Numbered from the stretch's first letter, positions 18,327 to 29,025 are shown. The stretch is 64,000 bases of DNA from Nitrososphaerota archaeon (GCA_041641295.1 JBEPYO010000001.1:1344001-1408000), one strand, 5' to 3'. A program made the numbers and translations. Notes: a model not told the origin generated them from the letters alone.

Positions 18327-19166
18327 ATGCGTTGCAGCAAGTGCGGCGCTGAGGAGGTACTTCCTTTCAAGTGTGCCTACTGTGGAGACTATTTCTGCTC
18401 TAAGCACAGGCTACCCGAGGTCCATGAGTGCCGCTCTTTGTACCTTGCACGGAACCTGATTGAGATTGAAAAGAGGGAGGCCAAGCCCCAAGGGGGCTCC
18501 CCGCGATCAGCCACCATGCTTGCGGTGAAGACCGAGATGCTCTTCTCCAAGCTCACAGCTATGGAGAAAGGCTCCGAAGTTCTACACCTTCTCGCAGGCT
18601 CCTGCATTGTAGCCGGTGTAGCTTTTTCTATGATCTACCCCCTAGCCGCGTTGTGGGGTATTACTCTCTCGGCTGGAGTGGTTGCGGCTGTGGTGGCCTC
18701 TTTCATAGCCCACGAGCTTGCTCATAAGGTCGAGGCGGTGAGGCAGGGGCACTGGGCAAGGTTTAGGCTTAACTTATTCGGCTCGATTATAAGCCTCATA
18801 TCAATATTCCTACCATTCAAATTCATAGCGCCGGGGGCTGTCGTGATCTTCGGCTACGCCACTCAACGCGGGGTTGCAAAGATAGCCGCTGCAGGCCCGA
18901 TAGTTAATCTGGTTATTGCTGCTGCCCTCCTTCCCTTCATCTACATAACATATGCGCTCCTCGGGTTGTTTGACATCGGTCTCTCTACAGCTCTTCTAGT
19001 GATTGGGCAGCTGAATGTGTTGATGGGTCTGATAAACCTTATTCCGTTAGGCCCCCTTGATGGCTTGAAAATAATTACGACCTCTTTCAAGGCGTGGGCG
19101 TCATACATTGCTGTGGCAATCGTTCTCTATATCGTTTATTATCTCAGGTTGCCGCTCTTTATGTGA
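18327..19166 (+). CDS. AN1-type zinc finger fused to M50 (site-2) intramembrane metalloprotease
   Basis: CSKCG...LPFKCAYCGDYFCSKHRLPEVHEC; HELAH, AAAGP and NLIPLGPLDG. Confidence 0.9.
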   Translation: MRCSKCGAEEVLPFKCAYCGDYFCSKHRLPEVHECRSLYLARNLIEIEKREAKPQGGSPRSATMLAVKTEMLFSKLTAMEKGSEVLHLLAGSCIVAGVAFSMIYPLAALWGITLSAGVVAAVVASFIAHELAHKVEAVRQGHWARFRLNLFGSIISLISIFLPFKFIAPGAVVIFGYATQRGVAKIAAAGPIVNLVIAAALLPFIYITYALLGLFDIGLSTALLVIGQLNVLMGLINLIPLGPLDGLKIITTSFKAWASYIAVAIVLYIVYYLRLPLFM

Positions 19167-19175
19167 GTGGTGCTC

Positions 19176-20255
19176 CTACCGCTTCGCTGCTCTTCCCGCG
19201 ATTCGCTGGTCCCGCCACTCTTTCAGCGGACCAGTTAAGACATAACTTGCCCTCTTCTTGAACTCGGCAATGTTTGAGGCGCCGCAGAGGGCAAGGGTGG
19301 CCTTAAGCTCCTCTTTTAGACGTTCAATTAAGTTCTCAACCTCTTCGACTCCCTGAACAGCTGCTTTTAGGAAGGGCATGGCCATCCCTCCCATATTTGC
19401 ACCTAGAAGTAGGAGTTTGGCGATCTCGAGGCCGTTTCTTATACCCCCTGAGCCAACAATCTCGAGGCCGTTAACTTGTGCCACCTCCAGCACGGAGGCA
19501 GCTGTCGGTATTCCCCAGTCCTGAAATACCTCAGCCAATTGTGCCCTGTCAATCCTCCCCGCCTCAACCGCTCTCATCCTCTCTATCTCCACCCAGCTGG
19601 TCCCACCGCGACCCGCCACATCGACCGCCGAGACTCCAAGCTCGCGAAGGATAACAGCATCCTCGAAGGAGATACCACACCCCACCTCCTTAATTATCAC
19701 GGGCACTCCGATCTCTTCGCATAACCGGCGAGTCTGGGCTAGAAACCCCTTAAACCTCCTGTCACCCTCAGGCTGTATAATCTCCTGAAGAGTGTTAACG
19801 TGTATTGCAATGGCGTTTGCGTCAATCATCTTAATGGCCTCCCAAGCAAGCTGTACCCCATGTTGTGCCAGCTGAGCGGCCCCGATATTCGCTATAAGGA
19901 AAACGTCTGGGCCAGCCTCACGGGCAGCCCTAAACGTATAGCGAAGTTCCGGTCTGGCTATCCCAGCTCTCTGGCTCCCAACACCCATCGGGACCCTCGC
20001 CCTCCCGGCAGCCTCCGCCAAGGTCGCGTTTATGCGGGCAGCCTCATCGGTTCCGCCTGTCATCCCCTCAATCAATATTGGCGCTGAAAATTCCTTACCA
20101 AGGAAAGTGGCCTTGACATCAATCTCGTCGACATTAATGTCTGGCACGGCTCTTGGAATTATGTGGACATACTCGAGCCAGTTACTTCCCCTCTGTACTG
20201 ACGCGTTCTCAAGCACTATTCTTATGTGGTCTCTCTTTCTATCTGTAATCCCCAT
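19176..20255 (-). CDS. fni: Type 2 isopentenyl-diphosphate delta-isomerase
   Basis: RKRDHI, GMTGG, MGVGSQR, HVNTLQEIIQPEGD, KEVGCG, GRGGTSW and WGIPT. Confidence 0.96.
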   Translation of the reverse strand: MGITDRKRDHIRIVLENASVQRGSNWLEYVHIIPRAVPDINVDEIDVKATFLGKEFSAPILIEGMTGGTDEAARINATLAEAAGRARVPMGVGSQRAGIARPELRYTFRAAREAGPDVFLIANIGAAQLAQHGVQLAWEAIKMIDANAIAIHVNTLQEIIQPEGDRRFKGFLAQTRRLCEEIGVPVIIKEVGCGISFEDAVILRELGVSAVDVAGRGGTSWVEIERMRAVEAGRIDRAQLAEVFQDWGIPTAASVLEVAQVNGLEIVGSGGIRNGLEIAKLLLLGANMGGMAMPFLKAAVQGVEEVENLIERLKEELKATLALCGASNIAEFKKRASYVLTGPLKEWRDQRIAGRAAKR

Positions 20256-20300
20256 TATGTTTTCTGGAGCCTCCTTAACGGATTGGTCCGTGGCTAAATA

Positions 20301-20546
20301 TTAAGCGTTAACCTCGCCTGCAGCCTCAGCCGCCTCCTCCTGTGCTTCACTCGCCTTGAGCCTCCTCTTCACCAGTGTGGTGAGATAGCCCGCTACCTTG
20401 TTTACCAGCCTCTGAGAGACAGTCCCCTCCAGCACCTCCTCAACCAAGAGCTTGTTTTGCTGGAAATCGGGCTTAACTCTGTCCGGATAATTCTCAAGTA
20501 TCTCGGCGGCGAGAACCTTGACCTTTCTAGTCCGTATCTTCCCCAA
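20301..20546 (-). CDS. rps17e: 30S ribosomal protein S17e
   Basis: MGKIRTRKVK...DFQQNK...NKVAGYLT. Confidence 0.95.
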   Translation of the reverse strand: MGKIRTRKVKVLAAEILENYPDRVKPDFQQNKLLVEEVLEGTVSQRLVNKVAGYLTTLVKRRLKASEAQEEAAEAAGEVNA

Positions 20547-20609
20547 CTCCTACTTCGACCCGGGGGGTGGCATGTTATTAAGTTGACTTCTCGGCAAGGG
20601 CTCCAGTCC

Positions 20610-21683
20610 CTATGAGCGGTCGGAGAGCCTTCTTTGGCCTGTTTTAATAGCATCCAGTTCTTTGGGCTTTAGCGTCTGGGTCCGCGCCTCAGGTATTATC
20701 CCACTTGGCCTGAAGAACATAACTATGAGGAGTGTCGTGCTGAGTAGGAGAGGTGTCAGCCAGACCACGTCAAAGGGGAGATAAAGCTGCAGCTCCCTCT
20801 TGAAGACATCTATCAGACGTGAAGAAATCATAAACACCATGACGCCTAGCGCAGTCCCCCAGTTATTCGCGGCGCCGCCGACCAGCACCATCACCCACGG
20901 TATGAAGGTGTGGTTAGCCCTGTTGTAATTCTTGGCGTTCACAGCACCCGTGGTCAGCGCAAGCATGGCGCCTGCTAGGCCCGCAAGCGCGCCTGCAAGA
21001 ATGATTGTCTTCCTCTTGACGCTGACAACGTCGCGCCCTAGGGCCTGAGCTAGCACCTCATCATCCCTTATCGACTTGAGGAGTCTACCATACGGAGACT
21101 TCGTCAACAGCTCGACAAATATGAAGACCATCACAGCGAGACCAACAAGCAAGGCTGTCAGGACATAGCTCCTAGTTGGGACAGGTATCCATCCAAGGAA
21201 GCTGGGGACAAAGACACCCAAGGTCCCACCGATGAGATTCTTATAATTGTCACCTATGAGTATGAGAATCTCGCCCATCGCTAGGAGAGTCATTGCCAGA
21301 TACTCTTCCCTCAGCCGCACGGAGGGGAAGCTCGAAATCAGTCCGAGGCCAGCGCCAACCAGCATGGCGGCAACCAATGTGAAGATTAGAAGCGCGGTTG
21401 AGAGAAGAGGGTCTCTTGCGAGGACGTCATTTATCCTCGGCATAATTTGCGCGTGGTTGTCAAAATAGTTCAGCCCCTCCCCCAAGTTATATATCGCGGC
21501 TATAAGCTGTCCAGGGAGCGCGCCGACCAGAAACGCCCCACCTGAAACGCAAAGTACTTTACCGAAGTTGGGAATCCCCCCAAACCCATACTCTAGGTTG
21601 AGGCTGAGAGATATTACGAGATAAGCGGCTATCCACGGTGCAAGGTCTAGAACGAATCTAATGACCTGGTCTGGGGAGATCAT
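20610..21683 (-). CDS. livM: Branched-chain amino acid ABC permease (LivM-like)
   Basis: SLNLEYGFGGIPNFG, RLREEYLAMTLL, SPYGRLLKSIRDDE and GGAANNWG; start at the ATG overlapping the livH stop (ATGA). Confidence 0.9.
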   Translation of the reverse strand: MISPDQVIRFVLDLAPWIAAYLVISLSLNLEYGFGGIPNFGKVLCVSGGAFLVGALPGQLIAAIYNLGEGLNYFDNHAQIMPRINDVLARDPLLSTALLIFTLVAAMLVGAGLGLISSFPSVRLREEYLAMTLLAMGEILILIGDNYKNLIGGTLGVFVPSFLGWIPVPTRSYVLTALLVGLAVMVFIFVELLTKSPYGRLLKSIRDDEVLAQALGRDVVSVKRKTIILAGALAGLAGAMLALTTGAVNAKNYNRANHTFIPWVMVLVGGAANNWGTALGVMVFMISSRLIDVFKRELQLYLPFDVVWLTPLLLSTTLLIVMFFRPSGIIPEARTQTLKPKELDAIKTGQRRLSDRS

Positions 21684-22627
21684 CTCGCAGTCCTCACCCA
21701 CCTGATGGTCATGGAGGTTATTCCTTGGGGTATTGTTAGAAGGACTATCGACATTATCAGCAGGGGTATGATCGGCCGGTACTGTATTATCTCTGTGAAG
21801 CCTAGCGCCGCTATCATCTGCGGTATGAGAGAGTTTGCCGCTCCCACTAATACCCCGCCAGCCAGCGAGCCAAATATGCTGGATAATCCGCCTAGGATGC
21901 TGGATGCGAAGATAGTTGGCAGGAACTCGTCACCTGCAGTGGTTGTAACTGGGAGCCACATTGCGTACATTAGGCCGGCGAGTCCTCCAAGCGAGCCCGC
22001 TATAAACCATGCCAGCATGTACATCCTCTCAATATTGATGCCTAATACTTGAGCGAGGTCTGGATTCTCGATTGACGCCCTCAGAGCCACACCGGTCCGC
22101 GTCTTGTTGAGAAAGATGTAGAGGAGGATTGTGGATAGGATGACGGAGGCCAGTGACAGCAGCATAACCAGAGGAATCGACGCAATCTCGAGGTCGAATG
22201 ACCGAAGGGCTATGTAGTTGACCCTAACCTTGTATGTCTTGCCAAAATAGTCGGCTAAAATACTCATGACACCAAAGATGAAGAACGCGACAGTCAATGT
22301 GGCGATCATCTGGTAGGTTGGTGAAGCACCCCTCCTCCTGAGCGGGTTTAGCACGATTTTGTACTGCGCAACTGAAACCACGCCACCTAGTAGTGCGGAG
22401 GCCCAGAGAACTTCGTAGGGGCTTCTCTGAAGGATTTGGGCCCAATACACAGCCATGTATGCCCCGATCGTGAGAAATGATCCGTGGGCAAAGTTGGGGA
22501 CACGGGTGGTCAGATAGGTTAGGGTCAAGCCCACACTTGACATGGCCGCTATCCCTGAGAAAACTAGCGTGTTTACTATTGCTGGATCGATCAAGGGGGT
22601 TATCCGATATATAATTAAGGGTCTCAA
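21680..22627 (-). CDS. livH: Branched-chain amino acid ABC permease (LivH-like)
   Basis: GLTLTYLTTRVPNFAHG, TRTGVALRA and ILGGLSS; the true start may be TTG 22594. Confidence 0.9.
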   Translation of the reverse strand: MRPLIIYRITPLIDPAIVNTLVFSGIAAMSSVGLTLTYLTTRVPNFAHGSFLTIGAYMAVYWAQILQRSPYEVLWASALLGGVVSVAQYKIVLNPLRRRGASPTYQMIATLTVAFFIFGVMSILADYFGKTYKVRVNYIALRSFDLEIASIPLVMLLSLASVILSTILLYIFLNKTRTGVALRASIENPDLAQVLGINIERMYMLAWFIAGSLGGLAGLMYAMWLPVTTTAGDEFLPTIFASSILGGLSSIFGSLAGGVLVGAANSLIPQMIAALGFTEIIQYRPIIPLLIMSIVLLTIPQGITSMTIRWVRTAR

Positions 22628-22668
22628 TTTAAAGTTTATATACTGTAAGCCCGTTCACATAACTTACA

Positions 22669-24132
22669 ATGAACAAGCCCAGTCTACGCGCTATCTCAAC
22701 CGCCGCTGCCATCGCGTTGCTGGTTGTAGGGCTGGTAGTGGGAGGTGTCATAGGCATCTTCGTAGGCCCCTCCTTTAACCCCCCCGCTACATTGACAACC
22801 ACTGTTGTCCAGCAGAGAACGGTCGTACAAGAGAAAACAATCACCACAACCGTGGGTCAGCCCCAGCCTGCCGCTCCATTGCCGCCTATTCTGGAGCCGG
22901 CGGTAGTCAAGCTCGGTGATGGACTTCCATACATACCGGCCTCCCTACTAGATAAGAAGGTGACGCTTAGCGGCGAGATACGCATTGGTGCGCTGCTAAG
23001 CCTCTCAGGCGACTTGAGGACATTCGGTGAGAATGAGCGAGTGGCCTTGGAACTTGCTCGAGACGATATTAATGCGTGGCTTTCGAAGCGTGGTATTAAC
23101 TTGAGGGTTGTCTTAGAGATCGAGGACACGGCTACGCAGCCTGAGCAGGCCCTAGCAAAGCTGCAGGCACTCGCTGCCCGTGGAGTGAAGATGGTGGCCG
23201 GCCCCCTGAGCAGCCGTGAGGTTAGAAACCTGAAGACCTATGCCGATGAGAACAATATACTCGTCGTCAGCCAATCCTCAACAGCCGTAGACTTGGCCGT
23301 ACCCGGCGACAACATATTCAGATTCATACCTGACGACAGGAAGCAGGGCCCGGCACTGGCCCGTTTAATGTGGGATGCAGGAATCCGATACTATGTGCCC
23401 ATATGGAGAGGTGACACATACGGTGATGGTCTCAAGGCAGCCACTGAGAGTGCCTTCAAGAGGCTAGGAGGCGCAGTAGATCCTGGAATACGGTACAATC
23501 CGGATGCCAAGGAGTTTGCCACAGAGATTGCGACGCTTGAGAGTAAGGTGAGGGATGCGATTTCAAAGTATGGGCAAGGAGCCGTGGCTGTTCACCTAAT
23601 CTCCTTCGAGGAGGCTGTGTTGCTACTGCAGGAGGCGGCGAAGCGTGATGTCTTGAGATCAGTGCGATGGTTTGGGAGCGACGGTACCGCCGGTTCAGGC
23701 GACATACAGAATGACGCAACATCTGCCCAATTCAACGTAGACACAAAATTCCTCCACACAATCTTTGCAGCAACCACTAGCGATATATTCGAACGGGTTA
23801 GAGATAAGGTCAAGCAGGTGTATGGAAGGGAGCCTGAAACCTACACCTACACGATGTATGACATCCTCTGGGTCTTAGTACTATCGATACTTACCGTGGA
23901 CAAGTACGATGTGACAGCGGTTAAGGGCGTCCTCCCAATCGTAAGCAGCCAATACTTCGGAGCATCAGGATGGACTATCCTGAATGAGAACGGAGACAGG
24001 GTTGGAGGAGACTATGACGTCTGGGCTATCGAGAAAGTTGGCGACAAATACGAGTGGAAGGTCGTCGGCACATACAAGGCATCTACAGACAGTGTAGCTT
24101 GGGCTCGAGGATACGAAGGGAAATACACTTAA
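22669..24132 (+). CDS. Branched-chain amino acid-type ABC substrate-binding protein, membrane-anchored
   Basis: N-terminal TM and Thr-rich linker; IGALLSLSG, EDT, GPLSS, SSTA, FRFIPDD and YGDGL. Confidence 0.9.
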   Translation: MNKPSLRAISTAAAIALLVVGLVVGGVIGIFVGPSFNPPATLTTTVVQQRTVVQEKTITTTVGQPQPAAPLPPILEPAVVKLGDGLPYIPASLLDKKVTLSGEIRIGALLSLSGDLRTFGENERVALELARDDINAWLSKRGINLRVVLEIEDTATQPEQALAKLQALAARGVKMVAGPLSSREVRNLKTYADENNILVVSQSSTAVDLAVPGDNIFRFIPDDRKQGPALARLMWDAGIRYYVPIWRGDTYGDGLKAATESAFKRLGGAVDPGIRYNPDAKEFATEIATLESKVRDAISKYGQGAVAVHLISFEEAVLLLQEAAKRDVLRSVRWFGSDGTAGSGDIQNDATSAQFNVDTKFLHTIFAATTSDIFERVRDKVKQVYGREPETYTYTMYDILWVLVLSILTVDKYDVTAVKGVLPIVSSQYFGASGWTILNENGDRVGGDYDVWAIEKVGDKYEWKVVGTYKASTDSVAWARGYEGKYT

Positions 24133-24164
24133 ATCTGGACTATTTTTTAAGATTTTTAAAGGGA

Positions 24165-24935
24165 TTGGACGACGGCCTAGTTAAATGTCTAGGGCTGGAG
24201 AAGAGGTTTGGAGGAGTATGCGCAGTCGATGGTGTAAACCTCTCACTGAGGAGAGGGGTTTTCTCACTCCTAATAGGGCCTAATGGTAGCGGGAAAAGCA
24301 CACTGATCAACCTAATCGCCGGTCACTACTACCCGGACAGCGGCAGAATACTGATGGATGGAAAGGACATCACGCACCTCAAACCGCATGAGCGGTTCGG
24401 TATAGGGCTGGTCAGAACTTTTCAGACTGCTAGGCATTTCCCCAACCTAACAGTCCTTGATAACATATTGATGGCTGCGGGAGCTACCGAGGGTGAGAGT
24501 ATTCGTGTCGCTCCGTTTCGGCGTAGATGGGTGCGCAGAGAGAGGGAGCTAGTCGAGAGGGCCCTCCAGATTCTGGAGCTGGTGGGGTTGGAGAAGCTTA
24601 GGGACCAGCCTGCGGGGAAGTTGAGCGGTGGCCAGATGAAGCTTCTCGAGCTTGGCCGGGTCCTAATGAGTGGAGCTAGGGTTATCCTGATGGATGAGCC
24701 CACAGCTGGGCTTAACCCCGTGATAGCCGAGTCAGTCCTATCACATATAAGGCGGCTTGTCTCGGAGCTCGGTCTCGCCGCCCTACTTGTCGAACACAGG
24801 CTTGACTTGGCCATGAAATATGCAGACAGGGTCTTGGCAATGTTTAATGGGCGCTTGATTGCGGAGGGCTCGCCCGAGGAAGTGCTCACAATCCCAGACG
24901 TGGTTGAGAGCTATCTTGGTGAGAAGTTATCATGA
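24165..24935 (+). CDS. livG: ABC ATPase (LivG-like)
   Basis: KRFGG, GPNGSGKST, RTFQ, LSGGQ, DEPTAG and VEH; start placed at TTG 24165, after the SBP stop. Confidence 0.92.
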   Translation: MDDGLVKCLGLEKRFGGVCAVDGVNLSLRRGVFSLLIGPNGSGKSTLINLIAGHYYPDSGRILMDGKDITHLKPHERFGIGLVRTFQTARHFPNLTVLDNILMAAGATEGESIRVAPFRRRWVRRERELVERALQILELVGLEKLRDQPAGKLSGGQMKLLELGRVLMSGARVILMDEPTAGLNPVIAESVLSHIRRLVSELGLAALLVEHRLDLAMKYADRVLAMFNGRLIAEGSPEEVLTIPDVVESYLGEKLS

Positions 24936-25645
24936 TAACAATCGAGGGCGTGGATGCAGGCTACGGGAGGCTTCAGATTCTGTTTAGCGTCTCGATGAAA
25001 GCGCGGAGCGGCGAGATTACAGCCATACTAGGTCCTAATGGCAGTGGGAAGAGTACGCTTCTAAAGACCATCTTCGGGCAGACCAGCGTCTATAACGGCT
25101 CCATAAAGCTCGATGGTGTCGAGCTGTCTGGGCGTCCCCCTCACGAGATTGCACGGCTGGGCATAGCGTACCTCCCGCAAATCAACAATCTCTTCACAGA
25201 TCTTACTGTCCGTGAGAATCTTCTTATGAGTGGGTATATGCTGTCCGAGGAGGAGAGAAGAAAGCGGACAGAGGAGGTCTTCCAGCTCTTCCCCTTCCTC
25301 AGGAATATGCTCCACAGAAAGGCTGCGAGTCTGAGCGGTGGGGAGCGGCAGATGCTCTCGATTGGCATGGCCTTGATGAGGCGGCCCAAAGTCATCATGC
25401 TTGATGAGCCCACGGCCAACCTCTCCCCAAAGATGGTGAATACTGTGCTGGATGTGGTTAGGAGGCTGAGGGATGACCATGGATTTACGGTGCTTCTTGC
25501 TGAACAGAGTGTTGTTAAGGCACTTAGGCTCTCAGACCATGCTGTCCTACTGGTTGGTGGGAGAGTGTTGTTCGAGGGTGACCCCTCCGAACTCCTAAAT
25601 AATAAGGAGCTTGGACGCATGTATCTGGGATTGGGTGGTGGATGA
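24932..25645 (+). CDS. livF: ABC ATPase (LivF-like)
   Basis: GPNGSGKST, LSGGERQML, DEPTANLSP and AEQ. Confidence 0.92.
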   Translation: MITIEGVDAGYGRLQILFSVSMKARSGEITAILGPNGSGKSTLLKTIFGQTSVYNGSIKLDGVELSGRPPHEIARLGIAYLPQINNLFTDLTVRENLLMSGYMLSEEERRKRTEEVFQLFPFLRNMLHRKAASLSGGERQMLSIGMALMRRPKVIMLDEPTANLSPKMVNTVLDVVRRLRDDHGFTVLLAEQSVVKALRLSDHAVLLVGGRVLFEGDPSELLNNKELGRMYLGLGGG

Positions 25646-26652
25646 TGCCCATCCAGTATAGACAGCTAGGCCGGAGCGGTCTAAAAGTCTCATGCCTAGT
25701 GCTTGGCACGTGGTATCTGCCGACGCTCCCCGAGGTGGATTCCTATGGTGTGAGGAAGATCAACGAGGAGGCAACCCTCAAGCTCTGGAGAAAAGCCGTC
25801 GATATGGGGATAAACACAATCGATACCGCTAACAGATATCACGGGGCAGTAGCCCCGGTTCCCGTGACCCATGTAGGATATGCAGAGAGGCTTCTGGGCA
25901 GGTTCCTCCAGACGGTCGACAGGGAGTCGCTCGTTATCGCGACCAAGGTTAGGTTTCCCATGGGCACTGGCCCAAATGATGAGGGCCTCTCCAGAAAGCA
26001 TATAATGAAGGCGGTGAGGGACAGCCTCTCTAGGCTCCAGACCAACTATATCGACCTCTACCAGGCCCATGGTTTTGACCCGTCGACGCCTCTTGAGGAG
26101 ACGATGAGGGCTTTCGACGACCTAGTTAGGGCTGGCCTAGTACACTATGTCGGGTGCTCAAACTTTCAGGCCTGGCAGATATCTGAGGCCCTCGCAATAT
26201 CGGAGAGGCTTGGGCTAGTCAAGTTTGTCAGTGTCCAGCCACTCTACAACCTTCTCCAGCGCGAGGCCGAGAAGGAGCTCTTCCCCCTAGTGAGGCAGAC
26301 GGGCCTAGGAGTAATTTGCTACTCGCCGTTGGCCCAGGGACTGCTGGCCGGGCGATACCTCGCCGGCGTGGGTGGTGACGCGAGGGCCTCATACAGCACC
26401 TCAGTAAACCCCCTCCTCACCGAGAGAAATCTCAAGATAGCGAACGAGCTTGCCCTGATGGCTAAGGAGAAGGGCATAACGCTGGCCCAGCTCAGCCTAG
26501 CGTGGATACTCCATCAACCAGAGGTCACCGCACCGATAATCGGAGCAACAAGGCCGGAGCAGCTTGAGGAGAATCTGCAGGCAGTAGACGTGAAGCTCTC
26601 ATCAGACGACCTGAAAAGAATCGACGAGATAACCAAGCCCACCCCCCAGTAG
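25642..26652 (+). CDS. Aldo/keto reductase
   Basis: YRQLGRSGLKVS, DTANRY, IATK, DLYQAH, GCSN, YSPLAQG and PIIGAT. Confidence 0.93.
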   Translation: MMPIQYRQLGRSGLKVSCLVLGTWYLPTLPEVDSYGVRKINEEATLKLWRKAVDMGINTIDTANRYHGAVAPVPVTHVGYAERLLGRFLQTVDRESLVIATKVRFPMGTGPNDEGLSRKHIMKAVRDSLSRLQTNYIDLYQAHGFDPSTPLEETMRAFDDLVRAGLVHYVGCSNFQAWQISEALAISERLGLVKFVSVQPLYNLLQREAEKELFPLVRQTGLGVICYSPLAQGLLAGRYLAGVGGDARASYSTSVNPLLTERNLKIANELALMAKEKGITLAQLSLAWILHQPEVTAPIIGATRPEQLEENLQAVDVKLSSDDLKRIDEITKPTPQ

Positions 26653-26655
26653 GCG

Positions 26656-27414
26656 GTGTGTTATGGATTGAGGGGTCTCCTAATACGTGCAAGTGAAACC
26701 CACAGCGTCTTAGAGAGATTATTTGTAACAGGTGACTTCGCCCTATACCACGTAAGGGCTAGGCGTGGAGAAGAATACTCCATTGGGGCTGGCGAGTATG
26801 AACGAATAGTCTTCTCGACCGACGGCTCCATGGCTGTGAACGGCGAGCAGCTTCATGTAAGAGATATGATCTACACGCCGCGGGGAACTGAGCTCAGGAT
26901 ACGAGCCGAATCCGATGCAAATATCTACGTCGCGGAGGCTAGAGCATTTACTCAGCGGAAACAGTTTGTGAAGAGGTTTGAGGAAGCCGCTCGCATAGAA
27001 TCCGGCCAAGATTGTTATGCGCGGACCATCTTTTTGATGATTGGTGAGGACGACCCAGTTGACCGTTTTCTAGCAGGCTATACCGAGAGCATTGGGGGCT
27101 CGTGGACCAGTTATCCTCCACACCGGCATGATGGCAAGCCTGAAGCATACATCTTCTATGGGATGGCTCCAGGGTTTGGTGTTCAGCTCCTGATGGACGA
27201 GGCGGGTGAAGAGGCCCACATAGTCAGAGACGGCGACGTAGTCCTGATTGAGAGGGGGTATCACCCCAACGTGGGGACATCGCTTAATGGAATAAAATTC
27301 GCTTGGGTAATAGCGGCGCCGCCTAGTGCCAGAGACCTCTCTGTCGAGATACATCCCCTCTTCAGGTCCGTTCCAGTGAAGATGTCGCACCTAAAAGTTA
27401 GGGATTCTGGTTGA
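26656..27414 (+). CDS. iolB: 5-deoxy-glucuronate isomerase (IolB/KduI family)
   Basis: GGSWTSYPPHRHD...EAYIF and GDVVLIERGYHP. Confidence 0.82.
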   Translation: MCYGLRGLLIRASETHSVLERLFVTGDFALYHVRARRGEEYSIGAGEYERIVFSTDGSMAVNGEQLHVRDMIYTPRGTELRIRAESDANIYVAEARAFTQRKQFVKRFEEAARIESGQDCYARTIFLMIGEDDPVDRFLAGYTESIGGSWTSYPPHRHDGKPEAYIFYGMAPGFGVQLLMDEAGEEAHIVRDGDVVLIERGYHPNVGTSLNGIKFAWVIAAPPSARDLSVEIHPLFRSVPVKMSHLKVRDSG

Positions 27415-27420
27415 GACCCT

Positions 27421-27582
27421 CTACCTCTTCAGCTCCCTCTTCTTCCACCTAAGGTTCCTACTCCTACACTTCCTACACTTCTCCGCGTCCGGCGAGTTCT
27501 TAGCTCCACACTTCCTACAAATCTTGTAGTGTAGTCTCCTCCTCTGAGCCAGCTGAATCAGAAACGTGTCGGTTAGGACCAA
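27421..27582 (-). CDS. rpl40e: 50S ribosomal protein L40e
   Basis: Read manually (TTG start): MVLTDTFLIQLAQRRRLHYKICRKCGAKNSPDAEKCRKCRSRNLRWKKRELKR. Not in the ORF track. Confidence 0.95.
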   Translation of the reverse strand: MVLTDTFLIQLAQRRRLHYKICRKCGAKNSPDAEKCRKCRSRNLRWKKRELKR

Positions 27583-27636
27583 TTCTAATGCCTAAGACCT
27601 ATGGGTCTACTTATAAACCTCGCACTGCCCTGAGTG

Positions 27637-29025
27637 CTACTTCAGGAAGGGGAGGTCCTTGACCCACGGATACTCGGATAGGAGGCGCTCTATCGACCTC
27701 TTCACTGCTTCCTCAGGATACTCCCAAGGCTGGAGCTTACCCTCGAAGAACTCCTGATATGCCTGGAGGTCGAAGTGCCCATGGCCGCATAAGTTGAAAA
27801 GTATGACCTTCTCCTCACCGGTTCTCTTACATCTTAGCGCCTCATCTATCACGTATTTTATTGTGTGGCTTGGCTCAGGTGCGGGTATGATTCCCTCAGT
27901 CCGCGCAAAGATTGTGGCCGCTTCGAAGACCTCCACCTGATTGTAGGCCCTAGGCTCGATGTAGCCCTCCTTCAGGAGCAGACAGAGGGTTGGGGCGTCT
28001 CCGTGGTATCTGAGGCCGCCTGCGTGAATGGGTGGGGGTATGAAGTCGGAGCCCAAAGTATACATGGGGAGCATTGGGGTCAGCCTTGCCGTGTCTCCGA
28101 AATCGTAGGTGTAGACGCCCTTAGTCATGGTGGGGCAGGCGGTGGGCTCGGTACCGACGAATTTAACCTCTTTCGGCGCCTTCTTGGAGACCTTGTCGTA
28201 GTAGAAGGGCCAGAAGAGGCCTGAAAAACTGCTACCACCGCCTACACAGCCGGCCACGATGTCGGGATACTCGTCCAGCAGTTCTAGCTGTTTCTTGGCC
28301 TCCAAGCCTTGGACTGTCTGATGCATCAGAACATGATTCGCCACACTACCTATGCTATACTTTACATTGTCGTGGTTCAGGGCATCCTCTATCGCCTCGC
28401 TAATCGCTATCCCAAGACTACCTGGATTGTCTGGATCAGACTGCAGTATCCGCCTCCCGAACTCGGTCCTATCGCTCGGACTAGGCAGTATCTCAGCCCC
28501 CCACGCCTGCATCAATATCCTGCGATATGGCTTCTGATCATAGCTCGCTCTAACCATGTATACGGTGGCCTTAAGCCCGAAGAGCATGCTGGCGAAGGCT
28601 AGTGCGCTTCCCCACTGACCGGCACCAGTCTCCGTAGTCACCCTCTCCACACCCTCCTTCATGTAGTAGTAGGCCTGGGCCACAGCCGTGTTGGGCTTGT
28701 GGGAGCCTGGCGGTGAGACGCCCTCGTACTTGTAGTAAATCCGGGCCGGGGTCTTCAATGCTCTCTCGAGTCTGACTGCGCGGATGAGTGGTGTGGGCCT
28801 CCAAAGCCTGTAAGCCTCTCTCACCTCTTCTGGAATCTTGATCCATCTCTCAGTGCTCATCTCTTGGTTTAACTGCTCCTTCGTGAAGAGTCTCGGCAGT
28901 ATCCCTGGGCCTGGAGACCTTGTGGCTGGGTCGATGGGCGGCGGTAGGGGTTTGGGAAGGTCGGGCAGAATATTATACCACTCGGTAGGCAGGTCATCAT
29001 CACCTAGCACTACTTTGCGCGGCAT
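27637..29025 (-). CDS. trpB2: Tryptophan synthase beta type 2
   Basis: WYNI, RPTPL, GSHKPN (PLP Lys), [28 protein letters not shown] and GHGHFD. Confidence 0.95.
   Translation of the reverse strand: MPRKVVLGDDDLPTEWYNILPDLPKPLPPPIDPATRSPGPGILPRLFTKEQLNQEMSTERWIKIPEEVREAYRLWRPTPLIRAVRLERALKTPARIYYKYEGVSPPGSHKPNTAVAQAYYYMKEGVERVTTETGAGQWGSALAFASMLFGLKATVYMVRASYDQKPYRRILMQAWGAEILPSPSDRTEFGRRILQSDPDNPGSLGIAISEAIEDALNHDNVKYSIGSVANHVLMHQTVQGLEAKKQLELLDEYPDIVAGCVGGGSSFSGLFWPFYYDKVSKKAPKEVKFVGTEPTACPTMTKGVYTYDFGDTARLTPMLPMYTLGSDFIPPPIHAGGLRYHGDAPTLCLLLKEGYIEPRAYNQVEVFEAATIFARTEGIIPAPEPSHTIKYVIDEALRCKRTGEEKVILFNLCGHGHFDLQAYQEFFEGKLQPWEYPEEAVKRSIERLLSEYPWVKDLPFLK

Noticed and set aside
27421-27582. 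Ubiquitin-L40e fusion
   Set aside because: The gene is a standalone 53-aa L40e with no room for a Ub domain before trpB2.
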